The notes under the pieces were generated by a model that had not been told where the DNA came from, did not search any database, and saw only the letters and a program-made list of their open reading frames with translations. From an uncultured SAR86 cluster bacterium (GTDB taxonomy: Bacteria; Pseudomonadota; Gammaproteobacteria; Magnimaribacterales; AG-339-G14): DNA of 62,650 nucleotides. Numbering within the stretch: position 1 is the first letter of the stretch; every line of letters begins with the position of its first letter. The stretch is taken from the NCBI GenBank assembly GCA_949373255.1, contig CASICS010000002.1, positions 1 to 62,650 on the forward strand, in the 5' to 3' direction. The position numbers were made by a program, and so were the translations under genes. Shown in pieces: positions 30,380-42,575 of this stretch.

Positions 30380-31536
30380 CTAGAAAGCTCCACTGCTTTT
30401 AATGCTGCTTTAGATAAATCTGATTCAGAAATTATATTTAAAGAGCTTGTTTCTAAAAGAATCTGAGCCTTTTCAGAGTTATTACCTTTTAGTCTTACAA
30501 TTACCGGAATATTTACTCCAACTTCTTCAACCGCTTTAATAATTCCTTCTGCTACTACATCGCACTTAACTATTCCTCCAAAAATATTAATCAAAATTGC
30601 TTTCACCTTTTTATCTGAAAGAATTATTTTAAAAGCCTCAGAAACGCTTTCCTTATTAACTGAACCACCAACATCTAAAAAATTAGCAGGCAATCCACCC
30701 GAAGATTTAATAATATCCATTGTTCCCATAGCCAAACCTGCGCCATTAACCATGCAACCTATATTTCCATCCAAAGCGATGTAATTTAAATCCCACTCGG
30801 ATGCTTTGAGCTCCCTTTCCTCCTCTTGTGAAGTGTCTCTCATCTTTAAAATATCTTGTTGTCTATACAAAGCGTTTGAGTCAACATTAATTTTTCCATC
30901 TAGGCATTTCAATTTTTTGCTTTCATCTATGATCAATGGATTGATTTCAACTAACGCTAAATCTTTATCGATAAAAAGCTGAATTAAGTTATTAAAGATT
31001 TTCACAAACTGTTCTACCTGTTCATCGGACAAAGCTAATCCCTTTGCAAGAAATAGTGCGTCTTCTCTTTTTGGACCCGCAATTAAATCTATCGGTACTT
31101 TAAATATTCTTTCTGGAGAATTTTCGGCGATAGCCTCTATATCTACACCTCCGTCGGGCGATGCCATGACTACAATTGATTGAGAACTTCGATCTATAAC
31201 AATCCCTAAATAGAGTTCTTTAATAATATTTGTACATTCTTCTACTAGGATTGTCGAAACAGGCTGTCCTATTTCATCTGTTTGATATGTTATGAGGTTT
31301 TTACCAATCCAATATTTTACAAAAGTTTCTATTTCTTCAATGCTATCTAATACCTTTACTCCGCCTGCCTTACCTCTTCCACCAGCATGAACTTGAGCTT
31401 TTGCAACCCATTTATTTGTTTTTAATTGTTGAACTTTATTCTCAACATCATCATGAGAATCAACTACGACGAAATTAGTGGTCGGAATGTCGTATTCTTT
31501 AAATAAAGTTTTAGCTTGGTATTCGTGTAAATTCAA
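30376..31536 (-). CDS. sucC: Succinyl-CoA synthetase beta subunit
   Basis: [24 protein letters not shown]; TTG start. Confidence 0.97.
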   Translation of the reverse strand: MNLHEYQAKTLFKEYDIPTTNFVVVDSHDDVENKVQQLKTNKWVAKAQVHAGGRGKAGGVKVLDSIEEIETFVKYWIGKNLITYQTDEIGQPVSTILVEECTNIIKELYLGIVIDRSSQSIVVMASPDGGVDIEAIAENSPERIFKVPIDLIAGPKREDALFLAKGLALSDEQVEQFVKIFNNLIQLFIDKDLALVEINPLIIDESKKLKCLDGKINVDSNALYRQQDILKMRDTSQEEERELKASEWDLNYIALDGNIGCMVNGAGLAMGTMDIIKSSGGLPANFLDVGGSVNKESVSEAFKIILSDKKVKAILINIFGGIVKCDVVAEGIIKAVEEVGVNIPVIVRLKGNNSEKAQILLETSSLNIISESDLSKAALKAVELSR

Positions 31537-31546
31537 AGTGCTTTTA

Positions 31547-32284
31547 TTATAAAGCTCTTTTTACCAACATTTTCTTAATTTCGTTAATTGCTTTCGTTGG
31601 ATTTAATCCTTTAGGGCAAACAGACACACAGTTCATAATTCCGTGACATCTAAAAACGCTAAATGCATCTTCTAATTGATCCAATCTTTCTTCTCTTGCT
31701 GTATCTCTGCTATCTGCAATAAATCTGTAAGCTTGTAACAAAGCAGCAGGACCTAAAAATTTATCAGGATTCCACCAAAATGATGGACAAGCAGTAGAGC
31801 AACATCCACATAGAATACATTCGTACAAACCATCCAATTTTTCTCTGTCTTGCACTGTTTGAGGAATAGCAGTGCTATCGCTTTCTTTATCAGCAATTAA
31901 ATACGGTCTAATTTTTTTATATTGATCTACAAATTGAGTCATATCGACTATTAGATCTTTAACAACTGGTAATCCGGGTAAAGGCCTTAGCTCTAATTTA
32001 TTTTTACGAACAACTTTAGATAGAGGCGTTATGCAACCTAATCCATTCTTACCATTAATGTTCATTCCATCAGATCCACAGACTCCTTCTCTGCAAGACC
32101 TTCTAAAAGAAATAGATGAATCCTTTTCCTTAGCCAACTGAAGAGCATCTAGAACCATTATGTCCTTGTCTTTAGGAATATCTATATCAATATCTTGCAT
32201 AAAAGGTTTGTTACCTGTGTCAGGATCATACCTATAGATGCTCATTTTCAGAGTTGTTATTTGTTCGGCTGCGATAGTATTCAT
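31547..32284 (-). CDS. sdhB: Succinate dehydrogenase Fe-S subunit
   Basis: SCREGVCGSD, CILCGCCSTACP, CHGIMNCVSVCP. Confidence 0.97.
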   Translation of the reverse strand: MNTIAAEQITTLKMSIYRYDPDTGNKPFMQDIDIDIPKDKDIMVLDALQLAKEKDSSISFRRSCREGVCGSDGMNINGKNGLGCITPLSKVVRKNKLELRPLPGLPVVKDLIVDMTQFVDQYKKIRPYLIADKESDSTAIPQTVQDREKLDGLYECILCGCCSTACPSFWWNPDKFLGPAALLQAYRFIADSRDTAREERLDQLEDAFSVFRCHGIMNCVSVCPKGLNPTKAINEIKKMLVKRAL

Positions 32285-34086
32285 TAATAGGTTCTCGCGA
32301 AAGGTTGAAAAGCTTGAACTAACTTAGGTCTGAAATTGACATCTCTTTTAGTCACTTCTTTAGACTCTTTAAAATAAATTGAATGTTTTAACCAGTTTTC
32401 ATCATCTCTTTCAGGAAAATCATCTCTAGAATGCGCCCCTCTGCTCTCTTTTCTTTCGTAAGCACTAATTGCAGTTGCCTCTGCTACTTCTAAAAGATTT
32501 AACAACTCTAAAGCTTCTACTCTAGCTGTATTAAATCTTGAGGATTTATCAGCTAAATGGATATTTTCAGTTCTAGATCTAATTTCATCTAGAACTTTTA
32601 TTCCTTTTTCCATATTCTCTTCAGTTCTAAATACACCAAAACTTAATTGCATTGTTTCCTGAAGATCCTTTTTAATCTTAGAAGAGTTTTCACCTTCGCT
32701 ACTTGCATTCACTTTATTGATGTTTTTCAAAGCATTATTAACATCATCTTTGGTTGGATCTTTTATATCTATACCATTTTTAAATGATTCTTCAATATGC
32801 ATCCCAGCAGACCTTCCGAAGACAACTAAATCTAATAATGAGTTTCCACCCAATCTATTACCTCCATGCACGGAAACACATGCTGCTTCTCCGGCTGCAT
32901 AGAGCCCACCTACTATAGAGTCTGATCCATTAGATTGTTGAGTTATAACTTGACCATGAACGTTAGTTGGAATTCCTCCCATCGCATAATGACATGTAGG
33001 AACAACTGGAATTGGTTGTTCAGCTGGGTCGACGTGAGCAAAGGTTTTTGATAGCTCAGTTATACCTGGAAGCCTCTTGTGTAAAAGGTCTGCTCCTAGA
33101 TGATCTAATTTAAGGAAGCAATGATCTGCTTCTGGTCCACAGCCACGCCCTTCAATAATTTCTAACATCATAGACCTAGCAACTACATCTCTACTTGCAA
33201 GATCTTTAGCATTTGGAGCGTATCGTTCCATAAATCTTTCACCATCTTTGTTAACTAAGTAACCTCCTTCTCCTCTACAGCCTTCTGTCACTAGTGTTCC
33301 TGCTCCATGTATACCAGTTGGGTGGAATTGCCACATTTCCATATCTTGAACAGCTAAACCTGCTCTTAATGCCATTCCAGTTCCATCGCCTGTATTGATT
33401 AAAGCGTTTGTCGTTGATTTGTAAATTCTTCCTGCGCCGCCAGTAGCTAATACCGTAGCTTTAGCTTTAAGGAAGAAAGCTTCTCCAGACTCTATCTCAA
33501 AGGCAATAACGCCGGTTACTTGGTTATCGGCATTTAAAACTAAATCAATAGCAAACCATTCACTTAAAAAATTTGTTCCTGCTTTTACATTTGCTTGATA
33601 AAGAGTATGTAAAAGTGCGTGCCCAGTTCTATCAGCAGCTGCACATGTCCTTTCTGCTTGTCCGCCTTTTCCAAAATCTTTAGATTGCCCACCAAAAGCT
33701 CTTTGATAAATCTTTCCTTCTTCAGTTCTAGAGAAGGGTAAACCCATATTTTCTAGTTCAAAAACGGTTGCCGGTCCTTCTTGACACATATACTCAATTG
33801 AGTCTTGATCACCGATAAAGTCTGATCCTTTAACTGTGTCGTACATATGCCAGCGCCAATCATCATTTGGGTCAGCACTCGCTATGGCGCAGGTAATTCC
33901 TCCCTGAGCGGAAACTGTATGCGATCTCGTGGGAAAAACTTTTGAAACTACGGCAGTATTCATTCCAGATTGAGCTAGTTGCAGAGATGACATTAGGCCT
34001 GAACCACCGCCACCAATTATGATGCCATCGAATTCCTTAACTGGAAGAGTTGAAGCATCTAAATATCCTTTTCCGTTCATTGCCAT
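32284..34086 (-). CDS. sdhA: Succinate dehydrogenase flavoprotein
   Basis: [28 protein letters not shown]. Confidence 0.98.
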   Translation of the reverse strand: MAMNGKGYLDASTLPVKEFDGIIIGGGGSGLMSSLQLAQSGMNTAVVSKVFPTRSHTVSAQGGITCAIASADPNDDWRWHMYDTVKGSDFIGDQDSIEYMCQEGPATVFELENMGLPFSRTEEGKIYQRAFGGQSKDFGKGGQAERTCAAADRTGHALLHTLYQANVKAGTNFLSEWFAIDLVLNADNQVTGVIAFEIESGEAFFLKAKATVLATGGAGRIYKSTTNALINTGDGTGMALRAGLAVQDMEMWQFHPTGIHGAGTLVTEGCRGEGGYLVNKDGERFMERYAPNAKDLASRDVVARSMMLEIIEGRGCGPEADHCFLKLDHLGADLLHKRLPGITELSKTFAHVDPAEQPIPVVPTCHYAMGGIPTNVHGQVITQQSNGSDSIVGGLYAAGEAACVSVHGGNRLGGNSLLDLVVFGRSAGMHIEESFKNGIDIKDPTKDDVNNALKNINKVNASSEGENSSKIKKDLQETMQLSFGVFRTEENMEKGIKVLDEIRSRTENIHLADKSSRFNTARVEALELLNLLEVAEATAISAYERKESRGAHSRDDFPERDDENWLKHSIYFKESKEVTKRDVNFRPKLVQAFQPFARTY

Positions 34087-34096
34087 ATAAATTTAC

Positions 34097-34459
34097 CTAA
34101 TAAATTATTAAGAGACTGCAGATAATGATTCCAATTGCCTGAGAAAAACTATAAATAGTTACTATAGTCTTCACAGGTTTGGCTGCATTTCCTATTCTTG
34201 CCGGTGTAAGGTAATCCGTCACTATGTGATGAATACCTTGCAAAGAATGATAAGAAATAGAAATTGCTATCAATACTGTGCATATCTTGACAATGAGGAT
34301 ATCAAAAAAACTACTTAGTTGTATGTAATTCAAAGGTTGATACATCAACCAATAGAAGGTTATAACTGAAAAATATAGGGCCTGAAATATAGCTGTAATA
34401 CGGACTAGAACATAATCTAGTACCCCAGTTCTCTTTAATGTGTATAACTTAGTTACCAT
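34097..34459 (-). CDS. sdhD: Succinate dehydrogenase membrane anchor
   Basis: Position in operon; RITA and H..QG....TDY motifs; 3 TM. Confidence 0.88.
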   Translation of the reverse strand: MVTKLYTLKRTGVLDYVLVRITAIFQALYFSVITFYWLMYQPLNYIQLSSFFDILIVKICTVLIAISISYHSLQGIHHIVTDYLTPARIGNAAKPVKTIVTIYSFSQAIGIIICSLLIIY

Positions 34460-34824
34460 AATATTGTTGTAAAAATAAATAAAAGTATGAAACTGACTAC
34501 AAAAGTGCCAATTGCAGAATTCCTTCCTGCTTCAAGAGTCTCCCAATACCCAAAGTCCATAACGAGATGCCTGATCCCAGAAATAAAATGATAGGTCAGA
34601 CCAGCAATTAATAAATTGAAAAAAACTTTCACAAAGGTCATCTCAAAATAAAAACTAACAAGGTCAAATCCTGATTCAGAATTAACTGCCAAGAACAAAA
34701 GAAACAAGAAAGGAAGAAGTAAAATAAATATACCTACAGCTGAAACTCTATGAGTTATTGAAGACACCCCAGCTATTGGTAAATGTATTTTGAGTAGATT
34801 TAAATAAATCGGTGGTTTAGACAT
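34453..34824 (-). CDS. sdhC: Succinate dehydrogenase cytochrome b556 subunit
   Basis: SITHR, HFISGIRHLVMD. Confidence 0.93.
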   Translation of the reverse strand: MSKPPIYLNLLKIHLPIAGVSSITHRVSAVGIFILLLPFLFLLFLAVNSESGFDLVSFYFEMTFVKVFFNLLIAGLTYHFISGIRHLVMDFGYWETLEAGRNSAIGTFVVSFILLFIFTTILW

Positions 34825-34883
34825 ATTTTTTATTATTAATAGGAGAGATAAACGTGGTTATTATAAGTAGTTACAAAGTTTCT

Positions 34884-36260
34884 TCAACGCTTTCTAATTC
34901 TTTTTCGTTTTGCAATCTGACGATCAGTCAATATATTTTTTTTATTCTTAAAAGGATTTTCATTAACTTTAAGGATCAGTTTCATGGGAACACCCTTAAG
35001 TTTTAAAGCTCTTCTTGCATAATTTTCTAAGTACTTTAGATATTGCTTTGAAATAGAATCTAATTTATTTCCATGAATGATAAAAGTAGGAGGAGATGAG
35101 GCTCCTAAATTAACGTATTTGATTTTCGGTCTAAATCTTCCAGATAGAGGTGGCGGGTTTTCTTCATAAGCTCTTAAAAAAACTTCAGTAAGGGTATTGG
35201 AGTCGTATTGGATATTTCCTTTTTTTATTAATTTTATAAGAGCTAGGATCATGCTTGATGTGCCTGAACCTTTTTTTGCAGAAATGTATTTAATTTCTAA
35301 ATGCTTTGCAAATGCTAATTTTCTATTTAAGTTCCTTCGCAGGTTAGCCTTGTCATAACTGTCTAGCAGTTCAGATTTATTTATTCCTATAACTATTGGC
35401 TTACCTGAAGCAATGGTGAGTGAAATTAAATGCAAATCTTGATCTGAAATAGATTCTTTTCCATCGATTAAATATATTATTCCATCTGAAATTCGTAAAG
35501 ATTGTATTGCTTTTTGTATGGAAAATTTTTCTACTTCATCGGATATTTTTGACTTACGCCTCAGCCCAGCTGTGTCAGTCAGCCTAATATCATTACCTTT
35601 AAATTTTATTGTTTCTGAAATAGCATCCCGTGTTGTTCCAGGAACACTTGAAACTATAGATCTATCGTCTCTTAAAAGAGCATTAAAAAAAGTAGATTTT
35701 CCTGCATTTGGTTTGCCAAGAATACCTATATTTGAGCAATCTATGATTTCTTCTTCTTGAACCGGCTCTGAAGGAAATACTTTACTAATAGCTTCTTTAA
35801 AGGTTTTAATTCCCAATCCGTTCTTTGCAGAGATTTCAAATGAATTTTTAACTCCCAATGTATAAAATTCAGAAGTATTGTTTCTAGCTTTTTTTGTTTC
35901 AGATTTATTTATTGCCAAGATGTAATCTTTGCCTGATTTTCTTAACATTTCATTAATTTTTAAATCAAGGTGATGGATATTTGACGAGGCGTCGGTTAAA
36001 AAAATGAAGCCATCAGATTCTGAAATTGCTTTTTTTGTTTCTTCTAAAATTAATTTATCAAATTTTGAATCTGATTCAGTTATACCGCCTGTATCAACCA
36101 GCAAATAAGGACTCTCTTTTATTTCACAATTCCCGTAGTGACGATCTCTAGTGAGCCCAGGCAAATCCGCAATTAAAGCTAAATTTTCACCGACTAAGGC
36201 ATTAAAAAGCGATGACTTTCCAACATTAGGTCTTCCAACAATTGCTAGTAATGGTCCCAT
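34884..36260 (-). CDS. der: Ribosome biogenesis GTPase Der
   Basis: Two G domains (GRPNVGKS, GKPNAGKS; DTGG, DTAG) plus KH-like C-terminus. Confidence 0.96.
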   Translation of the reverse strand: MGPLLAIVGRPNVGKSSLFNALVGENLALIADLPGLTRDRHYGNCEIKESPYLLVDTGGITESDSKFDKLILEETKKAISESDGFIFLTDASSNIHHLDLKINEMLRKSGKDYILAINKSETKKARNNTSEFYTLGVKNSFEISAKNGLGIKTFKEAISKVFPSEPVQEEEIIDCSNIGILGKPNAGKSTFFNALLRDDRSIVSSVPGTTRDAISETIKFKGNDIRLTDTAGLRRKSKISDEVEKFSIQKAIQSLRISDGIIYLIDGKESISDQDLHLISLTIASGKPIVIGINKSELLDSYDKANLRRNLNRKLAFAKHLEIKYISAKKGSGTSSMILALIKLIKKGNIQYDSNTLTEVFLRAYEENPPPLSGRFRPKIKYVNLGASSPPTFIIHGNKLDSISKQYLKYLENYARRALKLKGVPMKLILKVNENPFKNKKNILTDRQIAKRKRIRKR

Positions 36261-36275
36261 AATTGAATTCTAGTT

Positions 36276-37409
36276 TCATTTAACTGTTAAAACAGATAAT
36301 TTGCCGGATTGATCTAATGAAACAATATTTTCATCTGATGTGGAAATTGTAATAACTTGTGATCTTGATAATTTAATTCGTCCTTTTGTAACGCCGTCCT
36401 CTTGATTAATAAAGTGCAAATATCCTTTAAAATCACCTACGACGAAAAAGTCGCCGAATCTAGATATAGATTTAAGATTTCTTAATCTGTATTCTTCATT
36501 TATCCAGATAGTTGATCCCGTCACGTTGTCAAAAGATTTAATGACGTCAAATTCGTCTATGATCAAAGTATTGTTTTTTACGCTCAGAACATCATTAGTG
36601 GATGAAGCAGCTTGACGCCAAATAGTCCTTCCATTTCTGGAGTCAATGGCAGATATATCGCCCTGATAAGAGACAGCAAAGGCTATCCCATTTTGAGATA
36701 TAGCAGATTTAGAATCTATATCAATTACTCTCTCAATTTCTGAACTAGCTTTGGATATGGTTACAGGAACTTCCCATTGAACAACCCCGCTTCTAGTTTC
36801 AATTTTTGCAAGATTACCATTAGCAAATCCTGTATAAATAAAATTTTGATCAAATATTGGCTGACTTGTGCCTCTTAAGCTCAGGCTAGGAAGAACAGCT
36901 GTATATTCCCATTTAAAATTTCCATTCTTAAAATCTAAAGCTGTTATTTTCCCATTTGAAGATTGCACAATAACAAACAGTCCATTTGTTACAGGGGCAA
37001 CAAGAATTTCTCCACTAACTTCTGATGTCCAATTTATTTCACCATTAGTTGAATTAATAGAAACAGTTTTTCCGTTATCTGTGCCAATAAATAATGATCC
37101 ATTTCCATAACCTAGACCTGCAGAGACCTCGAATCCTAAATCAAGATTCCAAATTCTCTTACCTTCTATATTGAAAGCAATTACCTCGCCTTCTTCAGAA
37201 AATGAAAATAAATTTGAATCATCTAAAATGATATCAACTCTGCCTGATGGTTCGTCAGAAAAAATACCTTTTGACCAATTTTTTTGCAATTTAATTTCAG
37301 AATCAAAATCTTGTAATTCTGCTGGCCCTTCTTTTTTTTCTGAATCAGACTGACATGCCAATAGAGTAAGAGAGATTGAGAAAAGAATTATTTTCTTTTT
37401 AAAGTTCAT
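36276..37409 (-). CDS. bamB: Outer membrane protein assembly factor BamB
   Basis: Lipobox LLAC, PQQ-like repeats, LSLRGTSQP; position between yfgM and der. Confidence 0.92.
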   Translation of the reverse strand: MNFKKKIILFSISLTLLACQSDSEKKEGPAELQDFDSEIKLQKNWSKGIFSDEPSGRVDIILDDSNLFSFSEEGEVIAFNIEGKRIWNLDLGFEVSAGLGYGNGSLFIGTDNGKTVSINSTNGEINWTSEVSGEILVAPVTNGLFVIVQSSNGKITALDFKNGNFKWEYTAVLPSLSLRGTSQPIFDQNFIYTGFANGNLAKIETRSGVVQWEVPVTISKASSEIERVIDIDSKSAISQNGIAFAVSYQGDISAIDSRNGRTIWRQAASSTNDVLSVKNNTLIIDEFDVIKSFDNVTGSTIWINEEYRLRNLKSISRFGDFFVVGDFKGYLHFINQEDGVTKGRIKLSRSQVITISTSDENIVSLDQSGKLSVLTVK

Positions 37410-37411
37410 TT

Positions 37412-38053
37412 TTATTCAGCTAAAGAAGATATCTTGATATTCAATATACCTTTATGAGTTTCAGAATTAGTCAGAGATGATGCATTTTTAAAATGTTCTT
37501 TGGCAACGGAAAAGTTTAAAAGCTCTTTTTCTAAATCTCCAAGAAATTCATATTTTATAGACTCATAAAATTCAAATTTTTTATTTAAGATCTCTTTTGC
37601 ATCATCGAATTCTTCTTTAGAAATCAAGAGCATTGATAATCTTATTCTCGATAAATCTCTTATGAAATGAACATCAGCACCTTTAGATTCTAGAGAATTA
37701 TTTGCTTCCTTAAGAAGGCTAATTGCTTTATTTGTATCGCCGATAGAGATATATTTTTTAGCTAGTTGCATATTCATTAAATCTAAATAAATTTGATTTG
37801 AAAAATTACTTTCAAAGTCTTTTTTTATTTTTAAAGATTGAGATAAATCGCTGTCAGTAGAATCTATGGATGAGTTAAATTGCTGGTATATGATTGCTGC
37901 CTCTTGAGATCTCTGATCTTTATAATTTGACCATAGGAATGAGCTTACAAAAAGGGATGAAATCAGCAAAAGAACTATTAAAACTTTTAAATAGTTTTCT
38001 TTAATCCACTCAAAGATATTTTGTATTGTTCCGTATTCTTTTTCTTCGCTCAT
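37412..38053 (-). CDS. yfgM: YfgM-like TPR membrane chaperone
   Basis: W.KEN then a TM helix and helical repeats; position between hisS and bamB. Confidence 0.8.
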   Translation of the reverse strand: MSEEKEYGTIQNIFEWIKENYLKVLIVLLLISSLFVSSFLWSNYKDQRSQEAAIIYQQFNSSIDSTDSDLSQSLKIKKDFESNFSNQIYLDLMNMQLAKKYISIGDTNKAISLLKEANNSLESKGADVHFIRDLSRIRLSMLLISKEEFDDAKEILNKKFEFYESIKYEFLGDLEKELLNFSVAKEHFKNASSLTNSETHKGILNIKISSLAE

Positions 38054-38054
38054 T

Positions 38055-39314
38055 TTAAATTAGTTGTTTTAATTTAGATATAATTTCCTCTTCATTCAAT
38101 CTTTCTTGATTATTATCTTTAGAGAGATTTTTAAATGAAAAAGAGTTTGATTCTACTTCTTCTCGGCCAATTATGATTGCAAAATCTGAATTATTTTTTA
38201 TTGCTTTTTTTAACTGAGATTTTAAATTTATATCAAGACCTGAAAATCTTATTTCCAAATCAGGCAATGCATCTCTAAGCCTTTCTGAAAAATTAGCTCC
38301 AAAATTTAATAAACTTTCTTCCAATATAATTATAGTTAATTTTTTTGACTTAGAAAAATTAAAAGCATCCTGACAAGCTAAGATGAGGCGATCGATGCCA
38401 AAGGAGAATCCTATTGCTGGCATATCCCTACCACCTAATTTTTTAGACAAGCTATCGTATCTACCGCCTGCACAAAGAGCACTTTGACTGCCTATAATTT
38501 CAGACTTCCATTCAAAGACAATGTCGTTGTAATAATCGAGTCCTCTGACTAAATTATGATTTTCTTGATAATTGATTCCTAATTCATCCAATGAATTTTT
38601 TAAATTTTTATATCTTTCAGCGGACTCTGAAGAGTAAAAATCTGAAATCCTTGGTGCGCTTATTAAGATCTTTTGAGTCTCCGTATTTTTTGAATCTAGT
38701 ATCCTGAGTGGATTTGTAATCAATCTTTTTTGACTGTCTTCATCTAATTTATCTTTGAGTGGTGTTAAAAATTTAACCAACTCTAAAGAAAATTTATCCT
38801 GTGCTTCTTTTGAGCCTAAGGAGTTTATTTCAAGAGAGACATCTGGAACTTTAAAAAAAGAAATAATTCTTTCTGCAATTTGAATAAGCTCAAGCTCTAT
38901 TGAAATAGTATCGTTGCCGTAAGCTTCTGCACTAAATTGATAAAATTCTCTATTTCTTCCTTTCTGAGGCCTTTCATACCTGTACATTGGCCCGTGATAA
39001 AAAAGTCTTTGATTGCCTTGATCTAGCAAACCTTGCTCAATTGAAGCTCTCATGCAACCAGCTGTCCCCTCTGGCCTGAGTGTCATAGATTTTTTACTCT
39101 TACTATCGAAAGTAAACATTTCTTTGTTAACAATATCCGTTTCGTCTCCAACTGATCTTTTAAATAACTCTGTTTGTTCTATTATCGGAAGTCTAATCTC
39201 TGAATATGAATAGCTTTTTAGTGTGCTGGCAAGTTTCTTTATTACTTCGCTCCAAATTGAAGATTGATCTAATGGAACATCGTGCATACCCCTTACTTTC
39301 TGAAATTTACTCAT
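38055..39314 (-). CDS. hisS: Histidine--tRNA ligase
   Basis: [30 protein letters not shown]. Confidence 0.97.
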   Translation of the reverse strand: MSKFQKVRGMHDVPLDQSSIWSEVIKKLASTLKSYSYSEIRLPIIEQTELFKRSVGDETDIVNKEMFTFDSKSKKSMTLRPEGTAGCMRASIEQGLLDQGNQRLFYHGPMYRYERPQKGRNREFYQFSAEAYGNDTISIELELIQIAERIISFFKVPDVSLEINSLGSKEAQDKFSLELVKFLTPLKDKLDEDSQKRLITNPLRILDSKNTETQKILISAPRISDFYSSESAERYKNLKNSLDELGINYQENHNLVRGLDYYNDIVFEWKSEIIGSQSALCAGGRYDSLSKKLGGRDMPAIGFSFGIDRLILACQDAFNFSKSKKLTIIILEESLLNFGANFSERLRDALPDLEIRFSGLDINLKSQLKKAIKNNSDFAIIIGREEVESNSFSFKNLSKDNNQERLNEEEIISKLKQLI

Positions 39315-40426
39315 GATTTAGCTATTAGCTTTTCTTCATTTTCTTGCATTATCTTAACTTTGTCTCTAACTAACATTTCTAAGTGATTAACAATGTCATC
39401 ATTTTCAATTTTATGGGCAGGAGAGCCGTCTAAATAAATCAAACTTCTTGGCGATGCTCCTGTCAGACCGACATGTGCTGCCTTAGATTCGCCTGGTCCA
39501 TTAACATAGCAACCTATAACAGCCACATCTATAGATTCTTTGATATCTTCAAGTCTTACTTCTAATTCATTCATAGTTTTTATGACATCAAAATTTTGCC
39601 TAGAACAACTTGGGCACGCAATGAAATTTATACCTTTTTTTCTTAAGCCTAAAGATTTAAGAATATCAAAGCCTACTTTGATTTCATCTACTGGATCGGA
39701 GGCCAGAGAAACTCTTAGAGTATCTCCTATACCTTCTCTCAATAATTCCCCAATAGCTATTGCAGATTTTACTGTTCCAGATCTAAATCCTCCAGCTTCT
39801 GTAAGTCCTAGGTGTAAAGGCTGTTTAATCTCTTTAGCAATTAATCTGTAACTTTCAGTCATCATAAATATGTTTGATGCTTTAATACTTAACTTAAATT
39901 GGTCAAAATTAAGTTTTAATAATATTTCAACATGAGCCATGGCTGATTCAAGCAAAGCTTCTGGACAAGGTTCTCCATATTTTTTTTGTAATTTTTTCTC
40001 TAAAGAGCCAGCATTAACGCCTATCCTAATGGGCACTCCATGATGCTCAGCGCAACTAACGACTTCTTTTACTTTTTTTTCTGATCCAATATTTCCAGGA
40101 TTAATTCTTAAGCAATCTGCCCCTGCTTCTGCCACAGCGATTGCAATCTTATAATCAAAGTGAATATCGGCAACTAAAGGAACATTGACCTTCTTTTTTA
40201 TATCTTTAAAAGCCTCAACAGCTTCAAAAGATGGGGTAGATACCCTTACTATATCCGCTCCGACATCTTCGAGTTGAAGGATCTGGGCTACAGTGGCATC
40301 AACGTCCTCGGTATTTGAATTTGTCATACTCTGAACAGAAATAGGAGAGTCTCCTCCTACAGGAACACTCCCTACATTTATCAAGGAAGATTTTCTTCTT
40401 TTAATGTTAGTCTTTGATTGATTCAA
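39311..40426 (-). CDS. ispG: (E)-4-hydroxy-3-methylbut-2-enyl-diphosphate synthase
   Basis: [32 protein letters not shown]. Confidence 0.97.
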   Translation of the reverse strand: MNQSKTNIKRRKSSLINVGSVPVGGDSPISVQSMTNSNTEDVDATVAQILQLEDVGADIVRVSTPSFEAVEAFKDIKKKVNVPLVADIHFDYKIAIAVAEAGADCLRINPGNIGSEKKVKEVVSCAEHHGVPIRIGVNAGSLEKKLQKKYGEPCPEALLESAMAHVEILLKLNFDQFKLSIKASNIFMMTESYRLIAKEIKQPLHLGLTEAGGFRSGTVKSAIAIGELLREGIGDTLRVSLASDPVDEIKVGFDILKSLGLRKKGINFIACPSCSRQNFDVIKTMNELEVRLEDIKESIDVAVIGCYVNGPGESKAAHVGLTGASPRSLIYLDGSPAHKIENDDIVNHLEMLVRDKVKIMQENEEKLIAKS

Positions 40427-41249
40427 TTCTTTGTCCTTCTATAAATCTAAAATGAGCATATTTTGATGCGCTTTTTATTGCTCTTGTAAAATCTACTTCT
40501 TTTTTATCAATAAAGATTTTCACTGATGGTGAATGTCCTATTTGAAAAATTAAGGGTGAAAACCCTTTAATTTCATAGTTTCCAGTTTGCATTAGCTCGT
40601 ATAACAGATTTTTTTCATTTTTGTCTTTAACGACTATCCAGCTTTCTCCGTCAACCTCGATATTAATTAATTGTTCTTTTATTTGATTTAATTTAACAGA
40701 TTTATCTTCAATGGATTCAACTTCCGTATCAATTAAATTACTCAACTCTATGTCAGAAGATTCTTTTTCAAAAGGAAAAGGTTTTTCATCAACATCTTCA
40801 GGAATCTCTACTGGATTAATATTTAAATTTTGATTGGTCATATTTTCTGACGAATCATTTTGAGTAATAAAAATTAAAAATAGAAAAATTATAACTACTA
40901 AAAAAGTGATTATTTTTGGCCATAGCCCTTTGACTTCTAAAAAATTAAATACGTTTTTATACGAATTAGCATCCCTAGAATCTTCGCTCTCATCTACGCT
41001 CTTTATATTCAGTTCTAATAAATAAAGATCATATGCCTCAAAACAATCTATTGGGTCAATTTCTAAGAAATTAAAATAAGTTTGAATATGAAACTTTGAG
41101 TATATTTCAGCAGGAAAAGAGTCAAAATCTCCTTTCTCTAGTGAAGAAAGAAAACCCTCTGGAATTTTGGTTTTTTTAGAACAGTCTCTTACTGATAGAC
41201 CTTTGGATGACCTCATTTCACCTATCTGAGATTTCCAATTAAGCTTCAT
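40407..41249 (-). CDS. rodZ: RodZ-like cytoskeleton protein (HTH-TM-DUF4115)
   Basis: N-terminal HTH (LEKGDF), single TM, SWIVVKD; position upstream of ispG. Confidence 0.8.
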   Translation of the reverse strand: MKLNWKSQIGEMRSSKGLSVRDCSKKTKIPEGFLSSLEKGDFDSFPAEIYSKFHIQTYFNFLEIDPIDCFEAYDLYLLELNIKSVDESEDSRDANSYKNVFNFLEVKGLWPKIITFLVVIIFLFLIFITQNDSSENMTNQNLNINPVEIPEDVDEKPFPFEKESSDIELSNLIDTEVESIEDKSVKLNQIKEQLINIEVDGESWIVVKDKNEKNLLYELMQTGNYEIKGFSPLIFQIGHSPSVKIFIDKKEVDFTRAIKSASKYAHFRFIEGQRIESIKD

Positions 41250-41259
41250 GTCTCTATTT

Positions 41260-41664
41260 TTAGAAAATATCCGACATTATTTCTATTTCTCTCTCTGCGG
41301 AATCAGCAGAATCAGATCCATGCACGGCATTTTTTGATAGAGATTCTGCAAATTCAGCTCTTAATGTTCCTTCATCAGCTTCGTCAGGATTTGTCGCTCC
41401 CATCAAAGCTCTATAACTTTTAACCGCATTTTCTCCTTCTAAAATCTGAACCACAGCATCTCCAGATATCATAAAATCAACCAATTCTCCAAAGAAAGGT
41501 CTCTCAGAATGTTCAGCATAAAATTTTTCGGCTATTTCCTTGGAAATCAATATTTTTTTTGAATTAATTATTGCTAATCCTGAACCTGTAATTTTCTCAT
41601 TTATTTTATCTACGAATCCATTTGCAACAGCATCTGGCTTTATAATACAAAGCGTTTTTTCCAT
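41260..41664 (-). CDS. ndk: Nucleoside-diphosphate kinase
   Basis: IIKPDAV, GATNP, NAVHGSDS. Confidence 0.97.
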   Translation of the reverse strand: MEKTLCIIKPDAVANGFVDKINEKITGSGLAIINSKKILISKEIAEKFYAEHSERPFFGELVDFMISGDAVVQILEGENAVKSYRALMGATNPDEADEGTLRAEFAESLSKNAVHGSDSADSAEREIEIMSDIF

Positions 41665-41688
41665 TTTATTTTCCTTATAGTTTTTTTG

Positions 41689-41883
41689 TTATTCTGCTTC
41701 TTCTATCCAAAGAGACTGGATAGCTTCTAAAATCCTTTCTCCACATTTTTCTGGATCATCATCGAATTCTTCCAGTGAGCACACCATATTCATAAGGTCA
41801 GTAAAAAGCAAGGTTTTAGGGTCTTGATCTGGATATTTGTCAGCCAAGCAGTAAACAATTTCTTGTATTTCTGTCCACTTCAT
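41689..41883 (-). CDS. iscX: Fe-S assembly protein IscX
   Basis: MKWT, FTDL, FDDDP, E.ILEAIQ..W. Confidence 0.93.
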   Translation of the reverse strand: MKWTEIQEIVYCLADKYPDQDPKTLLFTDLMNMVCSLEEFDDDPEKCGERILEAIQSLWIEEAE

Positions 41884-41886
41884 ATT

Positions 41887-42228
41887 TTAGTGAGGGTGTT
41901 CAGAAACCATATTTATATTATATTTTGGAATCTCTATAGTTAAGTCTTCGCTTTCAATCATTATCTGACAACTTAATCTAGATCTAAGCTCTAATCCCCA
42001 GGCTTTATCTAATAGGTCTTCTTCCGTTTCAGATGCTTCATTTAGTTTATTGTAACCTTCAAGCACAACTACGTGACATGTAGTGCAGGCACATGATAAT
42101 TCACAAGCATGTTCAATATTTACTTTGTTATCCAGCATTGCTTCACAGAGAGATGTTCCGGACTGAGCTTCGAATTCAATTCCATCTGGGCAAAGCTCGG
42201 GATGTGGTTTGATTATTACTTTAGGCAT
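41887..42228 (-). CDS. fdx: ISC 2Fe-2S ferredoxin
   Basis: HACELSCACTTCH, SRLSCQ. Confidence 0.95.
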   Translation of the reverse strand: MPKVIIKPHPELCPDGIEFEAQSGTSLCEAMLDNKVNIEHACELSCACTTCHVVVLEGYNKLNEASETEEDLLDKAWGLELRSRLSCQIMIESEDLTIEIPKYNINMVSEHPH

Positions 42229-42575
42229 TAAATGCTAAAGCTTTCGCCGCACCCGCATTGGGCAGATACGTTAGGATTTATAAAAGTTAAATTGGAATTA
42301 ACTCCCTCCATAATAAAATCTACTGTAGTTCCATTAATAAAAGTAAAGCTCTTTTCGTCAACTAATACTTTAAAATCATCAAAAGGAAACTCAAAATCGT
42401 CTGATTTTGTTTCGTCTGCAAACTCAAGGAAGTAGGCATAGCCTGAACATCCAGAATCTCTAATTCCAATTCTTATCCCAGTTTCTTCTTTTCCATCCAA
42501 AAGAGATTTAATATGCTTTTGAGCGGAATCAGTAAAATCTAGATGCTTATTGGTTGTGTTTCCTGTGACTGTCAT
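42228..42575 (-). CDS. iscA: A-type Fe-S carrier IscA
   Basis: GCSG, CGCGESF. Confidence 0.92.
   Translation of the reverse strand: MTVTGNTTNKHLDFTDSAQKHIKSLLDGKEETGIRIGIRDSGCSGYAYFLEFADETKSDDFEFPFDDFKVLVDEKSFTFINGTTVDFIMEGVNSNLTFINPNVSAQCGCGESFSI

Noticed and set aside
30791-30798. TCCCACTC inside sucC
   Set aside because: Coding EWD sequence with no flanking module.
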